Assembly: GCF_004010195.1 (NCBI RefSeq)
Contig: NC_057726.1
Coordinates: forward strand, 49,189,978-49,253,977
DNA: 64,000 nucleotides
Source: Chiloscyllium plagiosum
Lineage: Eukaryota
Direction: 5' to 3'
The notes below the pieces were generated by a model, which saw nothing but the letters and a program-made list of their open reading frames with translations, was not told the origin of the DNA and made no database searches. Below, piece after piece: positions 25,912 through 37,868 of the stretch (positions are counted from its first letter, which is position 1; the number at the start of each line of letters is the position of its first letter). A program made the translations under genes and the position numbers.

Positions 25912-26672
25912 GGCAAAGTAGTTGCAGTGAGCAACAGATGCACTATCTCCATCATTAACTGGAAAATCTGGGTCACTATTTCCACGATTAATCTATTTCA
26001 CATTGCCTTTTTAAGTTAAGTACACATACTCAAGATTGTTTACTCTTGGGATTTATTTATTTTCTCAAGAATTTTAGATATCTCCACTAAGTCATTTCAG
26101 CATAAATTAACCTAGGTTCTTGACATTTTTTAATATCTCAGATGCCTTAAACTGGATATTAGTAAAGTTGCCCAATAGAATGCTGTCTCTTCAAGCGGAT
26201 GTGTATTCTGAACCTATTAATTTCCTGTTTAGTGACAGGACCAAATTAGTGAAGGAAGTCTGCTAGCGTTTCTGACTAATTTGCACATTATCTAAAATCT
26301 GTAAAATGAGACACAGTCAGTTTTTAAAACCAGTTCCTACCACTTTCTAGGTCTTGTTTTGTGGTTTATTGAGTTAATGAATCAACAAAACATATCTGAC
26401 CTAAAATCACAAATTATCTTGAGCTGTACCCTTATTTTACTGTCTTCTTTGCTTGGTAGTAACAGAAAAATCAGCCATGCGAAACAATCTTAGATAATTT
26501 ACTTGTAGAATGAAGGAAGCATATATTAAAAGGGTGGATGATTATTTCCAAATTTTGTTATTCTGTTTACTTGTACACCTAATTTTTTTTGTTAATTAGC
26601 TCTTGAAGCACATTTTCAGCTGCCTACAAAGTTCAGTTTAATTAACTTTTATTTCGCTTGACTGAAAATCAG

Positions 26673-26730
26673 ACTTGAGCAGTGTGGTGTTATTTGGAGC
26701 CTGTATTGAGGATGTTGTACTTAGAGATAA
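26673..26730 (+). CDS. slc12a4: KCC1 coding exon (~exon 11)
   Basis: ATCAG|...|GTAAGT; 58 nt; (Y)LSSVVLFGACIEDVVLRD(K). Confidence 0.93.
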
Positions 26731-26859
26731 GTAAGTACGAAATCATTTTTGAAAGGAACAAAAAAAGTTCTTTTGTGAAAAGTCTGTTTGAAAATGCATT
26801 TGACCTGTGTAATATATTTGAATCTTGTTAGAATAATATCCAATTAAAATATTCATCTC

Positions 26860-29800
26860 TTTCACTCACCCTCTGTCTCCTGGACTCCCCAGAAACATCC
26901 TTTCTCCATCTATTAAAACTGGATAGGTATCTATGAGATCACTGCTCATTCCTCTAACTCCGGTGAATACAGTCCTAATCAATCCAGTCACTCTCCAGAC
27001 ATCAGCCCCAGCAGTCCAGGAATCAGTCTAGCAAATCTTCTTTACACTTCCTCAATCACTAGAATATCCTTCCTCAAACAAGGAGACCGAAACTGCAGAT
27101 AGTTCTCCAGGTGTGGTTACCCTCGACATTTACAGGAAGGCATCCCTGCTCCTGTACATGAATCCTCTCACTGTGAAGACTAGCATATCATTTCACTTCT
27201 TCATTGCCTGCTGTGCCTGCATGATCACTTTCAGCATGCAGGTGTACAAGCACATGTAGGTTTCGTTGCCCTTTCCAAATCTAGCACCGCTCAGATAACA
27301 ATCTGCCTTCCTGTTTTTGCTACCAAAGTGTATAATGTCACACTTATCCACATCATACTGCATCTGGCATGTATTTGTCCACTTGCATAACTTGACTAAA
27401 TCACACTGATGTTTCTCTGCATCCGCCTCACAGCATATCCTCCCAGCCAGGTTGGTGTCAGTTGCAAATTTAGAAGTATTACTGTTTCCTTATCTAAATC
27501 ATTAATATATATTGTGAATAGCTGGGGTCCAAGCATTGATCCCTGCAATACCCCACTGATCACTGCTTGCAAAATGGAAAAAAAAATTATTCCTAATCTT
27601 TATTTCTGTCTGCAAACCAGTTCTCCATCCATTTTGCACATTTTCCCCATTATCAATGTCAAACTGATAATTTGTGGTTTTCCCATTGCCGCCTTTCTTA
27701 CATATTGGGGTTACATTAACGACCTTCCAATCAATAGGAAATATCCAGTGACTATAGAATTTTGGAAAATGATCACTAGCAATCCTGCTATTTCTAGGGC
27801 CACCCCTTTAAGTACTCATGGATGAAATATATCAGTGCCCTGGAAAGCATGTATGCCTTTAATCCCGTTAGATTCCCAACACCATTTCCCTATAAATATT
27901 AATTTCTTTCAGTTCCTCCTTTCCATTCCCCTGTATTTTTTGTGTTTTCCCCTGTATTTTTTGGGGTGCTCTGTGTCTTCCTTTGGAGAAGCCAAAACAA
28001 AAGTATATAGTTAATTGGTCTACCATCTCTGTTCCCTCCTATAAAGTCCTCTGTTTCTAATTGTAGGAGATTGATATTTGTCTTTACAAATCCTTTTTCT
28101 CTTCACATACCTACAGAAGCTATTACTATCTGTTTGTTCCCTGCAATCTTTCTCTCCTACTCTACATTCTCCATCTTAGTCAGTCTCTTTGTTAGAATTT
28201 AAACTGTTCCCAATTCTCAGGTCTGTTGCTTCTTGGGCCACTTTGTATGCCTCTTTCTTGAATTTAATAGTATCCCTAAATTCCCTTGTTAGCCATAGTC
28301 TGATCATGTTCCCCGTTTTATTTTTCATGCCAGACTGGAATGAATAACTCTTGCAAATCATCATTAAATGTTTGTTGTTGCCTTCTTACCCTCCTCCCTT
28401 TAAATAACAATCCCAATTTATCATAGCTAGCTCACTCCTCGTACTATTGTGGTTTTCCTTTTATTTAAATCAGGAACCTAGTCTCAGAACCAACTATGTC
28501 ACTCTCCCACCTTAATGAATTTTATCCTTTTGTAGTCCTCTTATCTAAGAGCTCACATGCAACTAGATTGTCAATTATTTCTTCCTCGTTACAGAATACT
28601 TAGTCAAGGATTGTCTCTTCTCTAATAAAAATGAAAGCACTGTAAATCAGATATCAGATTGCCGTTGCTCTAGTTGATTCTTCGACATACTGATGCATAA
28701 CACTATCGTGGATATAGTCCAAGAATTTCTCCTTTACAACATTGCTGCTGATTTTTCCCAATCTATATATAATTTAAAGTCACCCATAATTATAGCTATA
28801 CCTTTTTATTACTTACATTTCTAATTTATTTTGTATGCCTACTCCAATATTACACTACAATTTAGGGCTATATATACAACCCCTACTATCATTTCTGCCC
28901 CTTTGGTGTTTCTAAGCTCAACCCATACAAATTTTACCTCAGTAGAGCTTGATACCCTTCCTCATAATCACATTAATTTTCTTTTCAATCAGCAGTGCTC
29001 ATCTTTTTTTTTTGTCTGTGTTCTCTAAAAACTGTAAACCCGCCTGCTATTCAGTTCCCATTCCTGGTCACCCTGCATTCTATGTCATCCCTACAATATA
29101 AACCCATTAAGATTGATTTACTTGACTAATTCATCCATTTTTGTTGTGAATGCTGCATACATTGAGGCATAAGATCTTATGGTTTGTCTTTTTAGCATTT
29201 GTAATACCATACATTGTAGCCCTGCTTGATTCTAGTGCTTGAATTGTCTGCCTATTACATTTCGTATTTCCAATTCCGTCATTTGTTTTAGTCTTTATTT
29301 TCCCATCATCTGCCTTCCTGTTTGGATTTCCATTCACCTACCATTTTAGTTTAAACTTTCCCTGACTGCACTTGCAAACACATCCCCTAGGGCATGAGTT
29401 CCAATCCTGCCAAGGTGCACCCCATCCAGCTTGTACTGGTGCACCTTCCCCCAGACTAGTCCCAATGCCCCAGGACGCTGAAACCTTTCCCCTCACCATT
29501 TCATTAGCCATGTGTTCATCCAACATATTTCTATTCTGACTCGCAAATGGGACAGGTAGCAATTCCAAGATCCTAATTTTGAGGTCCTTTTGTTTTTAAA
29601 ATTTACTTCTAATCCTGTACATTCTCTTTTCAGGACCTCCTCTACTTTCTTACCTACATCATTGATACCAATTGTATACCATGACCACTAGCTGTTCACC
29701 CTCCAACTTCAGAATATCCTGTCAACATTCGGAGATGTTCTTGACCCTAGCACACAAGAGGAGAAAGTGAGGTCTGCAGATGCTGGAGATCAGAGCTGAA

Positions 29801-30560
29801 AATGTGTTGCTGGAAAAGCGCAGCAGGTCAGGCAGCATCCAGGGAACAGGAGAAACGTCGATTCTCCTGTTCCCTGGATGCCTCCTGACCTGCTGCGCTT
29901 TTCCAGCAACACATTTTCAGCCCTAGCACACAAGAGGCAACATACCATTGTCGAGTCTGATTTGTGGTCACAGAACCATTCCCTTTACTATTACTTCACT
30001 TATTCACTGTTCCCTTCACTTATTACTATAGCATTCCTGCTCTTTTTTTCTTCCTGTCCCTTGCAGAGACAACTTGGCGCAATGACTTTGGTTGCTGCCA
30101 CTTTCCTCTAAGAGGCCATTTCCTCCAACAGTATCCAAAGCGATACAACTGTTTTGCAGGGGAATGGCCAGGGGGTTCCTACACGACCTGCAAAGTCCAC
30201 TTACTCTGTCTGGTGGTCACCCATTCCTTTGCTAGCTGGGGAGCCTTAGTGTGCAGAGTGACAACAATCTGTGTATGCTATCCACAATACTCTCCACCTC
30301 ACTGATGTTCCACAGTGTCCCCAGCCACCATTCCAGCTCCGAAACTATGGGTTTCCAGGAACTGGGGCCAGAGACACTTACTGCACACATGTTGTTGCCG
30401 GACACTGGAAATGTGCCTAACTTCCCAGAGAGAGCAGGGGGAGCACATGATAGCCTTGAGGTCTCCTTCCCCCTCTCATACCTTTTGAAGTTAAATGTTC
30501 AGATTGCCCTTAACTCAAATAACATTTCTAGGCCACTTCTTTTACCCTGGATCCCTTAAG
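26860..30560 (-). mobile_element. Long decayed CR1-type LINE (~3.7 kb, includes 5' region)
   Basis: Minus-strand CR1 landmarks: HLENYLQFRSP-like 3' part, endonuclease start (LCLNVCSIHNK) and upstream ORF1-like sequence. Confidence 0.75.
29762..29920. mobile_element. Near-perfect fold-back Penelope-like repeat (family 1) inserted in CR1, with TSD
   Basis: Arms 29795-29854 and 29862-29921 (58/60 complementary), 7-nt loop; TSD CCCTAGCACACAAGAGG at 29745-29761 and 29921-29937. Confidence 0.85.
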
Positions 30561-31091
30561 GAAAATGTATGTTATGTACATTATGACAAAAATAACTGTT
30601 TAAAAGTTATCACCACTGAAAGCTACACCCTTTAAGTTATCTTCAGTCTCTTCTTATCCTGTAATTTTTCCTTATCCCTGGTGCTTCTCAGTCAATCCCT
30701 TAATAATAATAATACACTTTTTTCTAAATCACTGCTATTTAGCGTTAATTCCTTATCTGCAAAACAACTCTCATTGCTTTTCTGTGACGTAAATCTGACT
30801 TATTTTTTTCACAATTCAATTGCAAGCAGCTGATTAAGTGAAATTCAGGGTCCATGTCGAGCTTCAAGTATGTTCCAAGATTCTCAACCTCCCTTGCTGC
30901 TCTTTTATCAGCTAGTAATCTGAACAATTTATAGCACAAAATTTCTGTGATATTTTAATATAGGCGCAAGGGCAAGATTAAATTCTGTTTCAATTGTTTG
31001 GTTTTTCTTATGTAATATCTCTTTCAGATGTACATGCTTTCAAACGCAAAAAACTACTTAATTTGATGTTGAAAACCTCTTCAATATATAA

Positions 31092-31322
<231 letters not shown>

Positions 31323-31749
31323 TGATTGAGCCTTCTTGCTGCTAAAATTGATGTTTAATATAGCTTTAGGGAAGCCTTTGTGCAGCTTAATTGTTGTGAG
31401 TTATTAAAGGCAACTTTGATCATAACTTTGCTCTAATTTTGTTCCTGTAAGTCTTTCAGCCCATCAAGGGCAACTTTCAGGCATATGTCACCACTTTAAA
31501 TTATTTTCTACAAGTTCTGCAGAGTATATTTTCAGTTACCACTTCCTGACATCATTTCAAGCTGTCACTGTGTACACTTTGACATATTTGCACTTTATTC
31601 CACATATTCAAATAATCTTAAAATTAACCATTACAAAACTGTTTTTGCAAAGAATAAATTAAACCAAATTATAATAAATCTTTGACTCATTCTGAACAGA
31701 GATTTATTTTGTTAAAAAGCTAGCCACTCCTATTCAAAAAAAAACCAAA

Positions 31750-31870
31750 AAAAGTTGTGGATGTTAGAAATCAGAAACAAAGGGTCACTGGACCCGAACG
31801 TTAACTTCAATTTCTCTTTGCAGATACTGCCAGACCTGCTGAGTTTTTTCAGCAACTTGATTTTGTAGCC
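31750..31870 (+). mobile_element. Penelope-like short repeat (family 3)
   Basis: GGGTC(ACTG)GACCC-GAA-CG-TT-AACT followed by CAGATACTGCCAGACCTGCTGAG. Confidence 0.65.
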
Positions 31871-32105
31871 ACTTCTATTCCACAGCTGATTTTGTAAACT
31901 GTATAGGAGAGTGCTCATTAGCTGCCATTATCAATCTTAATATGAACAAATGAAACTAATATTTCAAAATGTTTCCCACTCTTCTGCTTTTTCTATTTTA
32001 ATTTGTGAAGGTCAGAACTAAAGCCTCTGTGTCAAGCTTTGGTTTCCCCCTTTCTGACCTTTTCCATTTCTAATAATTACATCAAAAAAGTAAGCTACTG
32101 TCCTT

Positions 32106-32511
32106 CCAAAACAGAAGTGCAGATACTAGAGATCTAAAACAAAAACAAAAATTGCTTCAGATCTGGCAGCATCTGTGGAGAAAAACAGAGTGAAGTTAAT
32201 ATTCGAAGTCCAGTGACTTCTTTGTCAGAATTGAAAGTAGTTAGGAAATGATGGCATTTATGCTGATTTAGGGGGGAATGAGTGAGATGGATAGATGGGG
32301 ACAGTATCCAGACAGAGAGGAAATAAAGTGAAGCAGACGTTGCATGTTGATAGTAAGCGAGAAAAAAATAACCGTGGCTATGAGTAATTAAAAATAGCTT
32401 GCAGCCCAATCAGAACAGAACCTGGGATTGTAGGGGGTGGGTAATGAACAAGGATGGAGGTCTCATGGTCTGAAATTTGTTAAACTGTATGTTGAGTCCT
32501 GAAGGTTGTAA
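32106..32511 (-). mobile_element. Penelope-like element 3' end: GIY-YIG endonuclease C-terminal remnant plus pseudo-LTR
   Basis: Minus strand from 32511 reads LQPSGLNIQFNKFQ (Penelope-type P-x-G-L-N end motif), then hammerhead-like CTGACAA-A-GAAGTC(ACTG)GACTTC-GAA at ~32228-32200. Confidence 0.7.
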
Positions 32512-32983
32512 GCAGTTATTTATGTAATGATAAATTGTGATCAATGATTAGATATAGAAGTCTTGATGCGTAACAATCCATGTTGAGAATCTTTTGAAGG
32601 CCATTTTATGTTCGCTCCTTTATCATGTTATGTTTCTTGCTGTCATTTTGGTTTTATTATCATATATCAGAAATTTATAGTCTCTCATCAGTGAATCTTA
32701 AAACACAAAATGTAGTGAATGCAGAAAGCCCTGTGTACGCTTTAGGAAATGTATCTTAGGATTTATAGCTTCAGTACAGGAAACCCATACATTTTGAAAA
32801 TGTGAAAACCACCACTTAAATATCTCAAATTAGACAGTGACTATTTTCAGAACAAATTTCTCATGAAATGGCATTTCCTTTTTTTTCTGAACTCATCATT
32901 CTTATATGATTATGAAATGAATTTATAAATATTAATACAGATTTTGAATTTTAAAGTTTTGTTGGTATCTTTTAATATTGTAG

Positions 32984-33102
32984 GTGTTTGGCAATGGAAA
33001 GGTCAATGGTGAGCCAACCTGGGCTCTTCTTTTGACAGCTATTATAGCTGAACTGGGAATTCTGATAGCTTCACTTGATATGGTGGCACCCATTCTCTCA
33101 AT
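32984..33102 (+). CDS. slc12a4: KCC1 coding exon (~exon 13)
   Basis: TGTAG|...|GTAAGT; 119 nt; [39 protein letters not shown](M). GKVNGEP and SLDMVAP are KCC1-like. Confidence 0.95.
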
Positions 33103-33728
33103 GTAAGTGAAATTTCTTGTAAAACCTTTTTTGAATCAATCACCGTTCTAAATTTTAAATTCTCAAGTCATCAGTTTCATTGACATCTGCATCACTTCCA
33201 TTTGCAAAAGAATTTTTTTTCTTTCCCTTGTATATTTTTATAGATACCTCCTTTTCTTTTTTTAAAAAAAAAATTAGTTGAGCGATATCCAAAACACTAA
33301 GTAGAATACATGCATCATTGTGAATAAATAAAGGCTACAAATACCATTTTCTATGGTGGGAACTCAGCATTTGTTTGATCACTTTTGATTTATTGCCATT
33401 TATGCTGGTATATTGATAGAAACCAGAGAAATACTCCCGGTATTCTATGCTGTGCTTTGGATCATTTAAACCTCCACAATTAAAGTGATAATTCTTGATC
33501 AATATTTGATCGTGATGAATGGCAGGATCTAAATGATTATGACTGATCTTGCAACTATAATTACAGCAAACTTTTCATTTACCGGCATATATGGGACCAA
33601 GAATGTCCTGGATGATCATATATTCTGGTTGCTCAAGAAGTCCACATAATCAATGTAAAAACGCACACTAAATAATGCAGGGTTATATACATTGTGTTAT
33701 ACTTTTATTTACAACATTAATCACTGTC

Positions 33729-33860
33729 GAGGTGCGGTGTTGGACTGGGGTGGACAAAGTTAAAAATCACTCACAGCCAGATTATAGCCCTACAGGTTTA
33801 TTTGGAAATACAAGCTTTTGGAGCACTGGAGTGCCCAAAAGCTTGTACCTAAATAAAACT
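33729..33860. mobile_element. Penelope-like family-2 fragment with local hairpin
   Basis: Same GGTGTTGGACTGG..TGGACAAAGT start as 21413; TACAAGCTTTTGG...CCAAAAGCTTGTA inverted repeat. Confidence 0.65.
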
Positions 33861-34682
33861 TACCCTCCGAATTTGCTCATTTGCACCTTCAACTGACTAC
33901 TCTAACATCGTGGAGATCACAATACAGTTAACCTCTCTATTTGAGGTACATGTTTTATGCTAGTTTATCAAAAATGCCAGTTCATTAGGTGCAGTTTAAA
34001 AAACGTTTGCTGTAGTTTAGTGTTTTCACTCTGACAGATCTTTCTACAATCAGTCAGCTCACAATTTTCAAGCAAATGTTATCATACGTTTTCAAAGTAG
34101 TTTCATAGATTCTGATTTGGTTTGGGGAATAAAATGAATCTGCTACCCAACTCTGAATTCCTGTGTTTTGCTCTCTTTTTGAGAAATTTTTTCCTTGAGC
34201 ATTTCTTGTAGAAAGCCAGTGAGTGTGATATTGAAATTAAGCTTCAAAACATAATTCTAAAGTGGAAACAAGTAAAGAAATGCAGAAACAAAATTGGAAA
34301 GAAATTTGTTTTAAAAAATAGGTAAAGTGAACAATGCAGAATGTGATGAAAACAAACACACACATGGAGTGAGGGAAAGGATCCCAATAACTAAATAACT
34401 TAAATATGTAATCTCCATTCGAAGAAAGGAGAGAAAGTTTGTCTTGCATTACATTCTACAATAAACTGGGATTTTGGATACTATTCTGCTGTATGTGATT
34501 CTAAGCAAATTGTCAGTAACTCTGTTGAAAATGTCTGTCTGTGTCAGTGGCTGTGGCTTTTTACTTCCATCTCTTAAGCTTAATTAATGTTTGGAAAAAC
34601 ATTCCAAGGGTAAAGAATGAAACAAAAACATGCATTATAGATTTAGCCCCTGAAATGGTTCTTCATAGGACACTGTCCTTCA

Positions 34683-35080
34683 GAGTTTTGGATGCTGAGG
34701 AGGTTTGGACCTTATGGAGGTTTTTGGAATCGTGGCCATGTGGATAGGGTTAATGCCTATGGTCTTTTTCTTTGGTTAGGAAAATCCAGGCCTAAAGGGC
34801 ATGGATTCACGGTGAGAGGAGAAAGGTTTGAAGAGGACGTGAGGGGCAATTTTTTCACGCAGCGGGTGATGCGTGTGTGGAGTGAGCTACCAGAGGAAGT
34901 GGAGGATGCTGGTACAATTACAGCATTTAAAAGGCATCCGGATGGGTATATGAATAGGAAGAGTTTGAAGAATATGGGCCATATGCTGGCAAATGGGACT
35001 AGCTCAAATTGAGATATCTGGTTGGCAAGGACAGTTTGGACCATAGAGGCTGTTTCCGTGCTGTATGACTCTGATTCTAT
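34683..35080 (+). mobile_element. CR1-type LINE 3' fragment
   Basis: GHGFTVRGERF..DVRGNFFTQRVMRVWSELPEEV. Confidence 0.88.
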
Positions 35081-35534
35081 AACTATTTATCTTTGTTATT
35101 TCCCTGCCACATTTGTTTTTATCTTATGCTCTTCATTTATGCTTGCTTGGTACCAGGTCTCTTTAATTGGAGTTAAGTGATTCTTCTAACTCCCTATTAT
35201 GCTTGTTCATGTGCCTTTTTCCTCAAATAACAGCTGCAATTTTTCTGTGTGTACTTAAATAAATTTGTACATATCTTTTGATCCTGATGATTTGGAGATT
35301 TTTTTTTTGGATGGTGTTTTTTTTAAAAAATCTGACTTTATGAAATTGTTGAGCAATGAATGTGAAGAAAGTGAAATTGGAGTACTAAGATTGAAGGAAA
35401 CAAATGGGAAAAAAAACTCTAGTACTAACGTTAGATAATTAATATATTCATATGGCAAATTTTAAATTGCTTGTGAACACAGTGTGAATAATTAAGATGA
35501 GACTCCATTTGGAAGTATTATGAACTGTAGGAGC

Positions 35535-36290
35535 TTAGTGATAGACTTCAAGACGACATGTCAAATTGTTGGAATGGGCAGATGCATGGTAGATGAAGTT
35601 TAATGGAAAGAAATGCACAGTGACATGTTTTGGTAGCAAGATTGAGAAGAGGTAAGTCAAAATAAAGAATACAGTTCTAAAGTAATTACAGGACCAAACG
35701 GGCTGAGGGAATATGTCCACAAATTACTAAAGGTGGGAGGGCAGGATAAGAGTGGTATAAGGCTCCTAATGGAAGCCATAACTGTTCCTGTGAATTGTAA
35801 GCAGAGTCATGTGAGCACCAAGAAAGTTATGACGGTCCTGTCTAAAACACAGGTTCAACCTCAATTGGAATATTGAGTGTTGGTCCAGTTCTGGACATTA
35901 AACTTAAGGAAGAATGTGAAGGCATTAGAAAGGGTACAGAAAGATTCATGTAAACTGTTCTTACAATAAGCAATTTCACTTACTTAAATTGGAGAAGCCA
36001 AGGCTGTTTTCCTTTAAAAGGAGATTTGATAGAAGTGTTTAAAATCAAGAGAAGGTATATGTTGTCAATGACAGTTGAGAATCCAAGGACATTGATTTAA
36101 GGTTAGTATCTAAAGAACCAAAAATAACTAAAGATAAACTACTTTATGCAGCAAATAGTTAAGATATGGAATGCATCTTCTGAGGGCATGGTGAAAGCAG
36201 ATTCAGTTGTGGCTTCCAAACGAAATTGGATAACTATCAAAGTTAGAGTGGTGGGGGGAGAGTTAGGTGAGCTAAGTTGTTCTTAAAGAA
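35535..36290 (+). mobile_element. Old CR1-type LINE fragment
   Basis: Decayed 'W.MKFN..KC.V..FG' and 'QLEY..QFW' remnants. Confidence 0.6.
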
Positions 36291-36397
36291 ACCTGTCACA
36301 TTCATTCACTTCTGGAACAGGGGCATTGCTGGCTGGGCCAACATTTATTGCCTATCCCTAGTTGCCCTTGAGAAGGTGAGTGTGAGCAGTCTGCATG

Positions 36398-36950
36398 TCA
36401 TAGAGTCATAGAGATGTACAACATTGAAACAGACCCTTTTGGTCCAACTCATCCATTGTCGACCAGATATCCTAATGTAATCTAATCCCACCTGCCAGCA
36501 CCTGGCCTATAGCCCTCCAAACCCTTCCTATTTATATACCCATCCAGATGCCTTTTAAATGTTGCAATTGTACCAGCCTCCCCCACTTCCTCTGGCAGCT
36601 CATTCCTTACATGAACCACCCTCTGTGTGAAAAGGTTGTTCCCTATCTCCCTTTTAAATCTTTCCCCTCTCACCTTAAACCTATGCCCTCTAGTTCTGGA
36701 ATCCCCCACTCCAGGAAAAAGACTTTGTCTATTTATCTTATCCATGCCCTTTATGATTTTATAAACCTCTATAAGGTCAGCCCTCAGCCTCTGACACTCC
36801 AGGGAAAACAGCCCCAGCATATTCAGCCGCTCCCTATAGCTCCAACCCTCAACCCTGGCAACATCCTTGTAAATCTTTTCTGAATCTTTCAAGTTTCACA
36901 ACATCCTTCCGGTGGGAAGGAGACCAAAATTGTATGCAATATTCTAAAAG
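36398..36950 (-). mobile_element. CR1-type LINE 3' fragment
   Basis: ORF 36482-36892: SYRERLNMLGLFSLE..RLRADLIEVYKI; (CATAGAGT)n-type tail. Confidence 0.92.
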
Positions 36951-37171
36951 GTAGAGCTGCAACGCTGTTAGGGAGTGAATGACAAGACGAATCAAATGGC
37001 TGCTTGCTATGCTGCAGCCATTATATGGTTCTAAATTAATATCATTCACAGATCATGTTTTTTTTTCTAGTTTTTTTTTAATTGTTCACTGCTTTATGGG
37101 GAAGAAGGAACCTTAAAGTTGAGTGCTGAGAATGGAAATTCAGACCATGTTATCGGAATTTACTCTTTTAG

Positions 37172-37312
<141 letters not shown>

Positions 37313-37644
37313 TAAGAACAGGTTTAAAAGCATTAAGTCTATCTTCAACTCTACACAAAATTATTTATAATGTGTTTTATACTTTGAAGAATTGAGGAGC
37401 CCAGATGAACATTATATTAGCTTCATTAGCCCTTCAATTAACATTTTTTGACTATTAACTTAAGGCTTTGCAGATCAGGATGATTTGTAACATTCATCAT
37501 TCTGATACACCAAGAATCTTGTACAACTGGGCACAATAGAATCAATTTGGGTTTGATTCTTCCATCTTATGATCAACTGTGAAATGTGAGCCAAGTAAAT
37601 GCACAACTACATAAATGTAACTCTAATTTGTTTTTCTTCTGTAG

Positions 37645-37764
37645 GGCTTTGTCATTTTTAGGTATGAGCATGTGCATTGCACTAATGTTCATTTCTTCAT
37701 GGTATTATGCTCTTGTGGCGATGTTAATTGCAGGGATGATATACAAATATATTGAATACCAAGG
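37645..37764 (+). CDS. slc12a4: KCC1 coding exon (~exon 15)
   Basis: CTGTAG|...|GTGAGT; 120 nt; [39 protein letters not shown](G). Confidence 0.95.
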
Positions 37765-37794
37765 GTGAGTACTTGAAGACCAAAGATTTTTCTT

Positions 37795-37868
37795 GGAGAA
37801 AGTGAGGTCTGCAGATGCTGGAGATCAAAGTTGAAACTTTATTGCTGGAACAGCACAGCAGGTCAGGA
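37795..37868. mobile_element. 74-bp Penelope-like family-1 fragment between 46-bp direct repeats
   Basis: GGAGAAAGTGAGGTCTGCAGATGCTGGAGATC...CAGCAGGTCAGG; 37749-37794 is identical to 37869-37914. Confidence 0.85.

Noticed and set aside
25358..25921. 187-aa plus-strand ORF
   Set aside because: Antisense shadow of the GC-rich Tx1-like ORF2.
29795..29921. pre-miRNA gene
   Set aside because: The hairpin is a multi-copy repeat with a TSD; there is no expression evidence to call it a miRNA.
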